DNA of 64,000 bases. Source: Anolis carolinensis (taxonomy: Eukaryota). Location of the stretch: NCBI RefSeq assembly GCF_035594765.1, contig NC_085846.1, forward strand, positions 43,263,190-43,327,189, in the 5' to 3' direction. The notes below the pieces were generated by a model. The model made no database searches. It was not told where the DNA came from and saw only the letters and a list, made by a program, of their open reading frames with translations. Numbering within the stretch: position 1 is the stretch's first letter; each line of letters starts with the position of its first letter. This document shows positions 63,080 to 64,000 of this stretch, one piece after another. Position numbers and translations under genes: made by a program.

Positions 63080-64000
63080 GTATGTATTGGTGCACCTGAA
63101 GCATTTTGTTTTTGGTCCCAGCAGGGTCTTTCTGCTTTTTTAACTTTTGCTGTGTGTTTTATGAAATAACTGCTTTGAGGTTTTTTCTATTTAACTGTTC
63201 TGTGCCTGCTATTCATTTTTATTCCTAATAACAACCTATCTTGTTTCCTCTGGTGTTCTTGGAAGTGGTGGTATGGGTAACTTGGTTGTTATGGGTCCTT
63301 TTTTTCTTTCCACTCGGAAAGACCTTGCACAGCCGCTGGGCACTGAATGTGGTGGACTTTTTCTTTTCTCTGTGTGGATTTAATATCACATTTGGGTGAA
63401 GTTTAATATAAGCTTAAAGACGTTAAGTAATTGGGAGAGAAATGCAGTGGTATATCCAGTTTTTTTCCCTTCAGATGTTTGTATTAAATTATGCATAATC
63501 AATATTTTATGTTGATTGTGCCAAGAAGCATACATGCTAGATCATGGGTACACTTTGAATCTTAAGATTGGTGTGGCTTATAATACATTAAGCTTTCAGT
63601 GCAAATTCTATTGAAGCCAATCATATTCAGGTTCAGTGCCACACTATACATGTCAGCTAGGAAATACATTTCATTAAGTTCACTAAGGTCAACCTTTGGA
63701 TAAATGTGCAACAGATAACAATATTCATTTCTTTGCATCAAGACAGCAGGGTGCTGCCCCCCAATAAAATGAGCCTAAGCACAAAACTAGGTTGTTTTAA
63801 GCAGTCATGTACAAATACATATATGGAATGAATTAATTTGTTAGTGAATGTTTAAAGTGTTGCACATGCATGCAAAATGAAATGAGTATTGGGTTTTCTT
63901 GCTTGAAGACTTTATGGTATTGGAAGAAAAAGCTTCACAATAATTTGATGGTATTAAGTATCTCGTATTTCTTAATGCAGGCAAGACGTTTCTTAGTCTG

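Overview
This is vertebrate genomic DNA, very probably a squamate such as an Anolis lizard; that is inferred from the repeat content (Sauria SINE, Vingi, BovB, CR1 with an ATTCTATG tail, Penelope-like element). Two housekeeping genes lie head-to-head. G3BP2 is on the minus strand: a non-coding exon 1 near 23.4 kb and coding exons at 15785-15879, 6604-6685, 1555-1728 and 745-835, continuing off the left edge. USO1/p115 is on the plus strand: ATG at 34184, 13 constitutive coding exons to 60807 plus 12-nt and 21-nt microexons, continuing off the right edge. All exon boundaries were read by hand, are GT-AG and are phase-consistent. Most of the rest is transposon-derived. This includes a Penelope-like insertion with a GIY-YIG ORF and two inverted minimal hammerhead motifs, and a young L1 with an intact 1251-aa ORF2 nested in a Vingi element. 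There are also CR1, L2, RTE and BovB fragments, SINEs, many Mariner/Tigger, Harbinger, hAT and Chapaev-like MITEs, and a 5' U2 snRNA fragment. I found no convincing wholly new system. The best leads are the intronic hammerhead with its antisense partner, the regulated microexons, a possible stop-free circRNA and a CpG-rich intronic hairpin. Most short ORFs in the track are spurious.
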